A stretch of DNA of 64,000 nt from a virus. The stretch spans positions 1 through 64,000 of IMG/VR virus record IMGVR_UViG_3300010366_000011; one strand, given 5' to 3'. The notes under the pieces are model-generated. The model searched no databases. It worked only from the letters and a program-made list of their open reading frames with translations, and was not told the DNA's origin. The position numbers and the translations under genes were made by a program. Shown here piece by piece: positions 46,524-56,213 of the stretch; position 1 is the stretch's first letter; the number at the start of each line of letters is the position of its first letter.

Positions 46524-48221
46524 ACTCATGTACTCCTGAACCGCGGTCCACTCCCATGCCGAGGGGATCTGCGAGTTCGGCACCGGGAGCGCCCACGTGA
46601 GGATCATGGCGTTGCCCGGCGGCATGTACGGGTGGACCCGGATGTCCACCATGCGCCTCGTGGGAGACGACTGGTTCGTAATCCCCGTCACGATGGCGCC
46701 GATCATGGCGTCGTTGGTCTGGCCGGCGGGGAACGTGATCCGGTAGCTCGAGCCCGACGGGTTGATCTTGATCAGGTCGCTGAGCTGCGACGAGTCACGT
46801 GCCGCCATCCACAGGTCTTCGGGGTCGGCGTATGTCTTCTCCCAGAGCTGCAGGAAGGCGTTCTGGAACTCGACGCCCGGGTTGCCGCTGGAGAGAGCGG
46901 CGTTCAGCCTGGTGTTGTACCCCCCCCGGGTACCATCGGAGACGATCGACATCATGCCGTCGCAGTCCGAGGCCGAGGCCGACGTGTCGCCACCGGTGGG
47001 CACCTTGGCCGTGGCCGTGAGCAGCGACGTCACACCACCTGCGCCGATGGTGAAGGTGTTCCAGCCGGTCCTGCCCTGAAGGGCCCTCGTGGCGTCGCCC
47101 GGGTCCGCGCCTCCGGCGTTGGCCAGGTTGGCATAGACGTTGTATCCCAGTGCTCCCTGGGCGTCGGTGCCGACCTTGACATCAATGACCTGGGTGACGC
47201 CGTTGGCGATGTTCACGGTGACGAGGGAAGACGGGACCGACTCGCCGAACTCGGCCTGGCTCGTGACCTTGATGTAGACGTTCGTGCCTCCGGAGCCGGA
47301 TCCGGTGATCCCGCCTTCCCCGGTGGCCGGGGCTCTCCCGGTACCGGTGACGGTCCCCGGAGCCGCAAGGGCACCCGAGCCACCGGAGTCCGTCGTGCGG
47401 CCGGCGAGGATCATGCGCTCGTCGGCGATCATGTGGGCGGTGAGCAGGACATATTGGCTCAACTGCCTGATGTCCTGGAATCCCTGGCCAGCGAATTGCG
47501 CCTCCCACGACACTTGATCCGACCAGGAGAATTGCTTGTAAGTTACTGTTTGGTCGTCGACAGTGTACGAAATCTTGGGTCCACGGATCAGGTAGAGGTT
47601 CTGCGCCGCACCCAAGTTGAAGTTGGTTTGGGTCACCTCGGTGATCCCGTGCCGTGTCGCCGCTCCGGCGGTGCCGATGCCCGAGCCCGTGAACCCGGTG
47701 ATCCGCTTGAACCGGCGCACCAGGCCCTGGCCGGGCTGGCGAGGCAGGCGATTCCGAAGAGGGGAGAAGGTGGGCACGATGTACTTGGCCGGAGCCTCAA
47801 GGTCGAATGGGACCAGGCCCGTGCCCAGAGGCGACGTGGTCGTGATGTCCTTCATGACCTCGGCCTGCGCCGCCCGGTACGCGGTGATCTGCGCCTGCAC
47901 GGATGCCAGAACCTCGGCACTGGTCCCCTTGAATATCTGGCCGATCAGGGGGTCCGAGGCGAACTGCGTGTAGATGTCTGCGGCGTTGGTCTTCTCGATC
48001 AGGCGTCCCTCGGCGAGGACCCGCCGCGTGCTGGGCTCGAGGTTCCAGCCGGTCTTCAGCCGGGTCTCTCCCGCCAGTGTGGAGCGGAACGAGTCGTCGA
48101 TTGCCGTCTTGAACGCCTCGAAGCGTGCTGCCAGGGCCCGTGGGTCGGGCCTACCCAGAGAGTCGTGCCCGTAGTTCTCTACGAGGTCGCCCCCCAGGTC
48201 CTTCTCCAGATTCACTCCCAT
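46524..48221 (-). CDS. Major capsid protein, exon 1 (566 aa; spliced product 609 aa)
   Basis: GLVPFDLEAPAK..PLRNRLPR..GQGFQDIRQLS..VHPYMPPGN; follows the protease gene. Confidence 0.9.
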
Positions 48222-48231
48222 GTCTTGTCCT

Positions 48232-50598
48232 TTAGGTGGTGGCCGGCCTGTCCAGCGCCGCTGCCCTCGCGAGCTCGTCGGTGGCGAGGCCGCGGAAGCC
48301 CTGGGCCATCGTCGGATCCGACATCGAGGCCGCCTGGTCCATGTAGTAGGCGGCCTTCTCGCGGTGGGCGTCGGCCGGGGAGGACTGCGCCGGTCCGTTG
48401 GTGGAGATCCCCGCCCGGCGTGGCGTCGGGGGGACTGGTGCCTTGGCGATACGCTCCACCGTCTCTTCCACCTTTGCCATCCTCCCGCCCAGGGCCTCGA
48501 TGCCCTCGAGCGGCTTCATGGCCGTGGCAAGTTCCTTGTGGAGTGTTGCTGCGAAATCGCTGGGGTCGAACCCCTGTTGAGGGGCCTTCACGACGATCGG
48601 CGGGTTGAGCGCCTGCGCAAGCCCTTCAGCGAGCTGGCGCTGAGTCTCCTGTATCCCCGTCAGAACTTTCACCAGGTCCGGCTCGGCGCCGTAGTACATC
48701 GGGCGGCCGTTGGTGAGCGGCCCTTCGAGCTCCCCCTCGGAGATTTCGCCCTGGAGATAGGACCGCAGCCCGGACACAGCCTGTAGGAGGCAGTAGAGCG
48801 ACCAGTACTCATCGTCGCCATCCGCCAGTTCATCGGCCTCCTGCTGGATCAGGGTGGCGAGGCCCCGGCACGCCTGCGCGTAGGCGTCGTGGTGATCCTG
48901 ATCTCCGTCCCAGCCCGTCCCGCCCCCGTCGATACCGTCGTCCTGCTTGGTCAGGAGCCGGTCGGCGTGAAGCAATCGCCGCGCCAACTTGAGGAGTTCG
49001 GAGGCCGCCACCTTCCCGTCATCGGAGACCTCAACGCCGAACTTCTTCGCCGCGGTCTTAATCCTTGAGAGCGCACTAGCCTTGTCGTCGGCAGAGAGAC
49101 CCTTGGTCTGGGGAAGCCGGGCAAGAGCGTTGCGGACATGGGCGGCAGCATGGATCGGCAGCATCCGCAGATCACGAGGGACCGTCTTGCCCTGGTCGTC
49201 TTTCGTGCCTCCGTCCTTGATGAAGGCGAACGCGGAGTCTGGGAGATCGTTGATCTCCGCTGTTGAAGCCTCACCCTTGTGGAGTTCGGCTCCGAGCGCT
49301 TTCCCCAGCGACGCGCGGCAGATGGCAATGGAGCGTGACTTGCGGGCTTTATCGTCGGGGTAGCGGGCCTTCATGTCATCGGAGTCATAGAGGTCCGTGA
49401 TGCAGCGCTCAAGCTTGGGGTCGTCGGGGACATCCTTCGTCAGCACGTCCGCGAGTGCCTTCTCCAGGTCGGCTCCGCTCATCTTCTTGTCGCCGTTGCC
49501 GAAGGATCGGTGGTGCATGCCGGCGTCGCGCTTCTCCCCGCACGAGTCGCATTTGCCATCCCCATCGTCGTCCACGAAGGCGTGGGGATCGGACGGATCT
49601 TTCTTGGCCTGCTTCTCCACACCCGACATAGCCTTGGCCACAGCAGCGTCCACCGCTATCTGCAAAGCCTCGAGCGTGAGCGTCACGGGGGCACCGGCGG
49701 TCGCCTGGGGTACCTGGGCTGCCTGCTTCTCCATCTTCGCCACCGTGGCCTGGTGCAGTGCTTCGGGTGCTTGGGGACCGGCGTCGAAGGTGGGTGCCAG
49801 CAACGTCTGGGCCGCTGCCTTGGCAGCGGCGTCATCTCCCCCGTCTTCGGCCCCGCTGTCCTCAACCCGGGGCGGGTCCTTCGGGTCGTGAGCGTGCTCG
49901 TGCGGAGTCCCGTCGCCGTGGTCGAAGTGCCCATCGAGCGGAGAGTGCGGATGCGCGTGAGAGTGGGCCCCGTCCTCGTGGACGTGCATGTGGGTGTGGC
50001 CGGCCGAGGTCGAGACCTTGACGAGCTCCCCGTCGGCCTGACGCAGTAGCTCCTCAGTCCGCACCAGGCCTTTGTCGGCCACAGGCGTAATGCCGGGTGG
50101 CAGGGTGATGCTGGGGTCCTTCTCGGCCGACTTCGCCAACGTGAGCACGCAGGTGGGGTTCGCTGGCCGGTCGACCAGGCTGATCTCGATGATCTGGCCC
50201 CCCACGATCCTGCCGTTCGGGGCTCTGGCATCCTTGCGAATCCGGGGGTTCTTGATCCCCACGCTGTAGCCGGTCAGCACGTCTTCGTCCACTAGGCGCT
50301 GCGCGTCGGAGTCGACCACCTTGGACATGAGCCAGTGCCCGTCGCTTTTCACCTCGTGCTCGGTACCCTTGCCAACCGGACGGTGCATGTCATGGGAGAG
50401 CCGAACATTAGCTCCCGAGTCGAACCACTCCGGGACCGCTCCGGCGAGCCAGTCGGGGTCAAGGATCTGGGCATCCAAGTCCAGGTCGTCGCCCGCCGCC
50501 TTGCCATAGACGAGCAGATTGCCAGCGTCGTCCCTGCGCTTGTCGAGGACGTCCCCGAAGTAGACGTACGTGAGATCCGGCGCGGAGCGAGCGGGCAT
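48232..50598 (-). CDS. HK97-type prohead protease/scaffold fusion
   Basis: VYGKA..DLDAQI..NVRLSH..TGYSVG..EISLVDRPAN; long low-complexity/coil C-terminus. Confidence 0.88.
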   Translation of the reverse strand: MPARSAPDLTYVYFGDVLDKRRDDAGNLLVYGKAAGDDLDLDAQILDPDWLAGAVPEWFDSGANVRLSHDMHRPVGKGTEHEVKSDGHWLMSKVVDSDAQRLVDEDVLTGYSVGIKNPRIRKDARAPNGRIVGGQIIEISLVDRPANPTCVLTLAKSAEKDPSITLPPGITPVADKGLVRTEELLRQADGELVKVSTSAGHTHMHVHEDGAHSHAHPHSPLDGHFDHGDGTPHEHAHDPKDPPRVEDSGAEDGGDDAAAKAAAQTLLAPTFDAGPQAPEALHQATVAKMEKQAAQVPQATAGAPVTLTLEALQIAVDAAVAKAMSGVEKQAKKDPSDPHAFVDDDGDGKCDSCGEKRDAGMHHRSFGNGDKKMSGADLEKALADVLTKDVPDDPKLERCITDLYDSDDMKARYPDDKARKSRSIAICRASLGKALGAELHKGEASTAEINDLPDSAFAFIKDGGTKDDQGKTVPRDLRMLPIHAAAHVRNALARLPQTKGLSADDKASALSRIKTAAKKFGVEVSDDGKVAASELLKLARRLLHADRLLTKQDDGIDGGGTGWDGDQDHHDAYAQACRGLATLIQQEADELADGDDEYWSLYCLLQAVSGLRSYLQGEISEGELEGPLTNGRPMYYGAEPDLVKVLTGIQETQRQLAEGLAQALNPPIVVKAPQQGFDPSDFAATLHKELATAMKPLEGIEALGGRMAKVEETVERIAKAPVPPTPRRAGISTNGPAQSSPADAHREKAAYYMDQAASMSDPTMAQGFRGLATDELARAAALDRPATT

Positions 50599-50676
50599 TG
50601 GGGGCCTCCTTCGATGATGGATGAACGCAGGTTCCGGCTGCGGTGGGAGAGAATGGAGGTACAGAAAGGGGGCTCA

Positions 50677-50829
50677 ATGGACCAGTGCAAGGTCTCCGGT
50701 TGCACCGAGGAAGCGGTCCCGGAATGCGTCCTCAGGTTCCAGATGGTGGACACCGAGACCGTGGTCTACGACGACGACACCCGGCTCCATGAGGCGACGG
50801 TTTGCCGGTACCACAAGGGCGGCCAGTGA
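50677..50829 (+). CDS. Small hypothetical protein (antisense cassette gene 1)
   Basis: AAAGGGGG RBS; CxxxGC..CxxH. Confidence 0.6.
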   Translation: MDQCKVSGCTEEAVPECVLRFQMVDTETVVYDDDTRLHEATVCRYHKGGQ

Positions 50830-51029
50830 AGTCCAAGCGAATTGGGTCCTGGTACACCATTGCTCTTTGGGCCTTCATAGTCCTGGCGTTGGGAGCGTGG
50901 ACGAACATCCTCGACGGGTACTTCGCTCCGGACCGACTCGTGCATCCCCTCTCACTGCTCAACTGGGTGGACGCCGCATTCTTCTCGGCCGGAGTCGTGA
51001 CTTTGTGGTGGGCAAGGAGGTCCGAATGA
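50826..51029 (+). CDS. Small 2-TM membrane protein (cassette gene 2)
   Basis: GTGA overlap; two hydrophobic segments. Confidence 0.6.
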   Translation: MKSKRIGSWYTIALWAFIVLALGAWTNILDGYFAPDRLVHPLSLLNWVDAAFFSAGVVTLWWARRSE

Positions 51030-51190
51030 GCATGGGACTCATGGAACACATCACTGAGCACTTCAGCGAGTCGGGATTATGTCAATGCCCATGTGACGAA
51101 TGCACGCTGCCACTGAGTCAGTTCTGCATCTGCCTAGACTGCCCCTGCGAGAGCGACGCGGATCACGGCGCGGTGGTTCCCGATGCCTAG
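51026..51190 (+). CDS. Cys-rich metallothionein-like peptide (cassette gene 3)
   Basis: AAGGAGG RBS; CQCPCDEC..CICLDCPC. Confidence 0.6.
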   Translation: MSMGLMEHITEHFSESGLCQCPCDECTLPLSQFCICLDCPCESDADHGAVVPDA

Positions 51191-51479
51191 CCGGTCCTGC
51201 CCCCACATATGGGAGCCCGTACCGCAACCTCCGTACCTGACGGTTCAGGGGATCGACGCCCGGTGCTCTCTCTGCGGTGCCCGGGTCATCGCCACACCGC
51301 ATGTGGTCACCTACGTACCGGGGGACCCCCACGTGATCACCTACATTGAGACACCGTGGCACCCGGACATCGAGGTCCTACCGGACGGTCGCCGAGCTGT
51401 TCCCCTTAGGCCGGGCGTGGACATCAGAGCGGCGATCAGGGAAGCTTCTCGGATCTTGGGCGAACGTCCGGATGCCTGA
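51183..51479 (+). CDS. Hypothetical protein (cassette gene 4)
   Basis: Overlapping start; CPH..CSLC. Confidence 0.55.
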   Translation: MPSRSCPHIWEPVPQPPYLTVQGIDARCSLCGARVIATPHVVTYVPGDPHVITYIETPWHPDIEVLPDGRRAVPLRPGVDIRAAIREASRILGERPDA

Positions 51480-51672
51480 GCCCACACCCGCTCCCGTGGA
51501 GCCCGGCTGGTACGTCATCGTCCCCGAGTCCGGCACATCCATGCCGAAGGTAGCTCTGGTCTTCGAGCAGCACGGCCACCTGATGGTGCGGGCCGAGTCG
51601 CTCGGGGATCGCGACCTCGACTCCCGGGGCCTGTATCAGGGCTGGCGCTGGGGGCCACGGATCCCGCTGTGA
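51472..51672 (+). CDS. Hypothetical protein (cassette gene 5)
   Basis: EPGWY..WGPRIP; overlapping start. Confidence 0.6.
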   Translation: MPEPTPAPVEPGWYVIVPESGTSMPKVALVFEQHGHLMVRAESLGDRDLDSRGLYQGWRWGPRIPL

Positions 51673-52025
51673 ACCTGCCGGCGGTCTGCAGTTGCGGCTG
51701 GCCCGTCTCATTCGACGTCTGGGCACCTGACTTCGGCCAAGGTCCGTGGTCGGACCTCCGCCGTCAGTGCCCACTGTGCCAGCGATGGCTCAGGCTTCGG
51801 TGCCTATTCTCTCCGGCCGGTACGTTCACACTTGCTGTGGTGCTGCCGGCCGGAGTCCTTCGGGGCTTCGGGCACCTGACTACGCCTCCGCCATCGCTTC
51901 TTCGCTGGCAGGCGTCGAGTCGTCAGGTGCCGGGGGATTGGCCATCTCGGCCGATGCCAGAGCACAGCGGCAACCGGGGTGGACCGGCGGGTCTCCGTTG
52001 GGGAAGTCGTCGTCTATGGAGATGA
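51669..52025 (+). CDS. Zn-ribbon hypothetical protein (cassette gene 6)
   Basis: GTGA overlap; CSC..CPLC; 3' end overlaps the portal gene antisense. Confidence 0.4.
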   Translation: MNLPAVCSCGWPVSFDVWAPDFGQGPWSDLRRQCPLCQRWLRLRCLFSPAGTFTLAVVLPAGVLRGFGHLTTPPPSLLRWQASSRQVPGDWPSRPMPEHSGNRGGPAGLRWGSRRLWR

Positions 52026-54588
52026 CCCCGGTGTCCTCGTTCTCCTGACACTCCGGACAGACCAGATCGTCGTCCGCCGCCAGGAACCGCTGCGCCTCGA
52101 TCCCGCTGGCGGCGTACTCGTCTTGTGTGGCCACCGTCACCGCCCTGGCCGTCTCCGTGGTGGCGATCAACTCCGCCCGGGCTGGGTCATCCAGCAGGCC
52201 CCGGATGGCGTCGGCTACCACCGACATGGGATCTCCGTTGTCGATGCCGTCGGCCAGGGCCTGCGCCAGGTCGTCAAGGCGGTTGTCGGCAATGGAGCGG
52301 ATGTCCACAGCGGCGTCCGAGAGCATCCCGGCCAAGCCCCGAGACCCGTCACCTCCGAGCAGAGCCGCCTGAGCTCGCCAGTTGGTCAGCGTGTCTTCCG
52401 GTACCGCGTCGTCGCCGGCAAGGGCCGCCTGGGCACCTGCCGAGCCCGTCACGTACGCCTCCGACCGCAAGTCAACCATCAGCTCTACCCGGCGCGCCTC
52501 CGGCGTGAGGTTGGCAGAGAGGACGGTCTTGGCGTGCGCCCTGTTCGAGGGGTCCGCCGCCTTGCCCACCTGATTGGCGTAGGCCCGGACCGCTCCGGGG
52601 ATGTCACGGACCAGGTTGCGGAATGCCGTACGAACCTTCGTGGTGTACTTCCGGGCGACGGCATCACGTGCCGAGTGTAGCGGGCGCATCCTGCCCCGCT
52701 CCGAGGCTAAAGGGTCCTGGCTTACTCCCTTCACTGCGGCCATCGTGGCGAGGCGGGTGGCGTCCATGTCAAAGCTGGCTCCGATGTCATTCAGAATGCC
52801 GCCGACCTTCATCAGTGGGGACCCGAACTCGAATGGCCTCCATGTCCCGAGCTTGGCCCGCTTCGCCGCGAAGGTCAGGAATTTCTTCGCCTCCTCATCG
52901 GCGCTCGGAGCCCCTGGTGCTACCAGAGGCGTGGTCGGGGTCGGGGATGGCGCAGGCGACTGCGACCCTGGCTGAGGTGGCTTGGTGTCGGGAGGCACGC
53001 CAGGTGGTGTCGCATCCGGGAGCGCCGTCATGGACCCCCGGAGAGGCTGGATGGTGGCGCCGGCCACGATCATCGGCTCGTTGGCCTCCGGGATGTCGTC
53101 GAACACAGGTAGGCCCCGCTCAGCCCGGCGCTCGTTCACCGTCCACACGCCGTCGCGCTGCTCGGTGGAACGGGTCTTGGCGATGGCGTCCTCGTCCTCG
53201 TCCTCGATGCCCTCGAACTGGAAGGTGAGCAGGGGGTCCATGCCCACGTAGCGGATAGCGAGGTGGTTGATCCAACCTGTCATCCACAGGAGATAGGGGC
53301 GGATACCGCGGCGGTAGAGCGTGTCCTCCATCGACTCGGAGAAACCCTTGCCCCCCAGTCCTCCACGGGACGGCTCGAAGCCAAGCTCAATAGGCAGCAA
53401 GTCGAAGTAAAGGCAAATGAGCTTTATCAGGAACTCGTCAAAGAGGGGCGTGTACTTCTCCCCGAACTGGGGCATCGCGTCCGGCTTCATGCCCCGCGGT
53501 AGGATCCGGAGCCGGTGGCGCTCGGCTGTGTTGCCGGAGAGAAGCTCGTTGAGGATGGTCTCCCACTGCAAGGCCAGCTCCGGTGGCCAGTCGGCGTCGA
53601 CCAGGATCCACGCCTCCGGTTGCACCCCGGAGTTGTACTCGGCCCTGATCCACTCCTGGCGCTTCAGCCAGAGGTCCAGATCCGAGAGTACCTGCTCAAC
53701 AGGGCCGAACCCATAAGGTGTATCATTTCTCACTAACTTAGGGAAGTAGCCCATCTCGTCGGCTGCAAACTGCCCGTCGGCTCCGCCGCTGTCCTGGTAT
53801 TCGCCTCTGGGGAAGCCGTAGATGAACTGTTGGTACGCCGGTGCGGGTGCCTGCGGGCGATTACCACTCACGTCGAGCAACGGCTTGATTGTGGACCCGT
53901 CCACGCTCATCAATGAGTGCAAACCACCGTCCATGGTCCGCCACGGGTAGACGGTACAGGCATCGAAACGGAAGTGATCCTCAATGCACATCGATAGCCA
54001 GTCGGCGAACTGGAGGCCGCGGAGCCGGTCCGGCCACTGGAACCACCGGGTTACCCGGTCCACGTCGTCGGCGAGGTCAGTGGCGAGCTTCTGGCGGACG
54101 GCCCGCTGGTCCCCGTTGGCTTGCGCCATGGCGATCCGCCGGACTGCCACCTGGTTCGGGACGATGGCCCAGTCCAGATAGGCCAGCTCCTGCTTGCGGA
54201 TCTCGATCGCCCGCCGGATGATGCCGATGTCCGACGCCTGGCGCAGCACCCGCCACGGCACCGCCTGCGTCCCGACGCCCGGAAGGTTCCACGAGGGCGG
54301 GTACTCGCTGCGCCGAGGGTACGGGTGCCCATCGGGCGACGGCGGTGAGATGGGCGCCGGGATGACCGGGACGCCGGGGCCGAAGGCGTACTGCTGGCCG
54401 AAGTTGTCCCCTCGTGGCAGCGCCGCTGAGCCATCCGGCCTGGTGTGCAGGCCCGTGCCCATCTGCCCGCTTCCGACCGCGGCGAGCTGGCCCGGTGAGT
54501 ACTCGGCCACCTGAGAACCGGGCGGCAGAGTCAGACCCGCTTTCACCATGCGCTCGACCGTGGAACCGTCCAAGACGATGCGGCTCAC
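51880..54588 (-). CDS. Portal protein fused to a MuF-like minor head domain
   Basis: VDGSTIKPL..YQQ..TPYGFGPVEQ..VWTVNERRAERGL portal motifs; RAELIATTE..VCPEC..PPVHPGCRC MuF motifs. Confidence 0.92.
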   Translation of the reverse strand: MSRIVLDGSTVERMVKAGLTLPPGSQVAEYSPGQLAAVGSGQMGTGLHTRPDGSAALPRGDNFGQQYAFGPGVPVIPAPISPPSPDGHPYPRRSEYPPSWNLPGVGTQAVPWRVLRQASDIGIIRRAIEIRKQELAYLDWAIVPNQVAVRRIAMAQANGDQRAVRQKLATDLADDVDRVTRWFQWPDRLRGLQFADWLSMCIEDHFRFDACTVYPWRTMDGGLHSLMSVDGSTIKPLLDVSGNRPQAPAPAYQQFIYGFPRGEYQDSGGADGQFAADEMGYFPKLVRNDTPYGFGPVEQVLSDLDLWLKRQEWIRAEYNSGVQPEAWILVDADWPPELALQWETILNELLSGNTAERHRLRILPRGMKPDAMPQFGEKYTPLFDEFLIKLICLYFDLLPIELGFEPSRGGLGGKGFSESMEDTLYRRGIRPYLLWMTGWINHLAIRYVGMDPLLTFQFEGIEDEDEDAIAKTRSTEQRDGVWTVNERRAERGLPVFDDIPEANEPMIVAGATIQPLRGSMTALPDATPPGVPPDTKPPQPGSQSPAPSPTPTTPLVAPGAPSADEEAKKFLTFAAKRAKLGTWRPFEFGSPLMKVGGILNDIGASFDMDATRLATMAAVKGVSQDPLASERGRMRPLHSARDAVARKYTTKVRTAFRNLVRDIPGAVRAYANQVGKAADPSNRAHAKTVLSANLTPEARRVELMVDLRSEAYVTGSAGAQAALAGDDAVPEDTLTNWRAQAALLGGDGSRGLAGMLSDAAVDIRSIADNRLDDLAQALADGIDNGDPMSVVADAIRGLLDDPARAELIATTETARAVTVATQDEYAASGIEAQRFLAADDDLVCPECQENEDTGVISIDDDFPNGDPPVHPGCRCALASAEMANPPAPDDSTPASEEAMAEA

Positions 54589-54597
54589 GCTTTGGTC

Positions 54598-54906
54598 TCA
54601 CCTGCCCATGCGTTGGCGGACTGAGAAGCCCGGCAGGCCCAGTCCAAAATCTGGCTCGGCCGAGCGGGGACGGACAGGAATGCGTAGCTCAGTGGCGTCC
54701 GGGGAGATCGTCAGCTCGTCGGCAAGTAGCCCGACGGTTGGCACACCCATAAAGGTGAACGACTCCTCGCATAGCTTGCACCAGATTCGGACCGTCGCCG
54801 CAAACCCACGCGGCTCGTCATCCTCGTCATCGGAGAGCAACCGATTGACCTCGACCTGAGCAACGAAGTCCTCGTGGCGGCACGGACGGTCGGGGTCGAA
54901 TGTCAT
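54598..54906 (-). CDS. Hypothetical protein
   Basis: CRHEDF..CKLC; ATGA overlap. Confidence 0.7.
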   Translation of the reverse strand: MTFDPDRPCRHEDFVAQVEVNRLLSDDEDDEPRGFAATVRIWCKLCEESFTFMGVPTVGLLADELTISPDATELRIPVRPRSAEPDFGLGLPGFSVRQRMGR

Positions 54907-55409
54907 CGGCGGGCGATCTCCTCTCGCAGGGCATCGATGTGCTCGAGTACAGTAGTGATCCCGCCCTGGGTGTGTTCGTCCAGCCGGTCGAGCACCTGTT
55001 CCACGTCCTCAAAGGTCTTGGCCGCCCTGGCGTCGGCAGCCTCGTTCTGGAGGTTCTGACCCACCATGAGAGCGGGCAGCAACACGAGCTGGATGAAGTT
55101 CTGGCTCACCCACGTGATGACCAGGATGAACCCGCCCGCGGCGAGGAACCCTATGCTCGGGGGGATCACCTTGGCCGCGACCAGCGTGGCCGGCAGGGCG
55201 CAGAACGACAGCAGGCAGAAGATCCAGAAGGTTGTCATAGTTCCGACATGCGTCGTCAGAGCCAGAGCCAGCCGCTTGTTGAAACGCTGGTAGGGCGTCT
55301 CGGCGGGTAGGTGGTCCACAACCCTGCCGTGGACAGCATGACCCAGACGCGTCCAGCCATGTGCCGGCCTGAGGCTCACGGTCTGCTCGGCCAACGCTTC
55401 TTCGCTCAC
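54903..55409 (-). CDS. DUF1003-like membrane protein
   Basis: FNKRLA..VGTM..WVSQNFIQLVLLPALMVGQN. Confidence 0.75.
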   Translation of the reverse strand: MSEEALAEQTVSLRPAHGWTRLGHAVHGRVVDHLPAETPYQRFNKRLALALTTHVGTMTTFWIFCLLSFCALPATLVAAKVIPPSIGFLAAGGFILVITWVSQNFIQLVLLPALMVGQNLQNEAADARAAKTFEDVEQVLDRLDEHTQGGITTVLEHIDALREEIARR

Positions 55410-55753
55410 CCGGCCAGCTTCTCCCGGAGCAGGTAGCCCTCGAGCTGCCACACCTGACGAACAGCGTGCTCGTAGGCCAGGTCCCGGCCCAGATCAGCAT
55501 TGAAGTTCTCCGGCGACGCTGGGGCCGAGAGACCGATCACCACAAAGCCGTTCCTCATCACCAGCATGCAGACAGTCACGACCTCAAGCCCGTCCGGGAT
55601 CACGTGGCTTCCGGTGGCGGAGCCGTCGGCCAAGCCGGCCGCGGTGATGAAGTACCGGTGGGCGATCCTCTTCTCGATGTCGGCCAGCGACACCCTGGGC
55701 GCCACGGCGACGGCTGCCGCAACCGCGTCGTCCTCCTCGAGCCCGTTGCTCAC
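55406..55753 (-). CDS. Phage gp49/gp66-family protein
   Basis: PRVSLADIE..TVCMLVMRNGFVVIGLSAPASPENFNADLG..WQLEGYLL. Confidence 0.85.
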   Translation of the reverse strand: MSNGLEEDDAVAAAVAVAPRVSLADIEKRIAHRYFITAAGLADGSATGSHVIPDGLEVVTVCMLVMRNGFVVIGLSAPASPENFNADLGRDLAYEHAVRQVWQLEGYLLREKLAG

Positions 55754-56052
55754 CCTTCCGCTCCTTCCGTGGGTGGCCAGCCCTTCAGCCGTACCACCTT
55801 GCCCGTGGGCGGGACGCCAGCCGAGCGCCTCTGTTCCCTGATCCGCCGGCGCCTGGAGTCCCGGTTGCCTGCCTGAGCCTCTGCCGCATCCAGCGCGCCC
55901 CGCAGCGCCTCCACCGTCTCTGCTGCCATCTCGCAGGCGCGCATGTAATTGGCAAGCTGCTCCCTGAGTGCGTTGTTCTCCGCCTCAAGCCTTCGGCACT
56001 CGGAGCACCCCACCACCGGGACCGGAACCGCAAGATCGGGAACGTGGCTCAT
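55750..56052 (-). CDS. Coiled-coil hypothetical protein
   Basis: ATGA overlap; CSEC plus heptad pattern. Confidence 0.6.
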   Translation of the reverse strand: MSHVPDLAVPVPVVGCSECRRLEAENNALREQLANYMRACEMAAETVEALRGALDAAEAQAGNRDSRRRRIREQRRSAGVPPTGKVVRLKGWPPTEGAEG

Positions 56053-56213
56053 CCGCGCCGGCCGGCCGCCGCACCACAAAGGTGCCGGTGCTGCTTGTCG
56101 GGATGCTGCAGGTCCCGCTTCACCTGCTTGGGCGTGGGGCGTCCCTTCCTCTCGCCGGGCCGGCACCGGTCGGGGACCGGAGTCGTTGCCATCCGATGCC
56201 CCAGACGCTTCAT
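56049..56213 (-). CDS. Small basic hypothetical protein
   Basis: AGGAGG RBS; overlaps terL stop. Confidence 0.45.
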   Translation of the reverse strand: MKRLGHRMATTPVPDRCRPGERKGRPTPKQVKRDLQHPDKQHRHLCGAAAGRRG

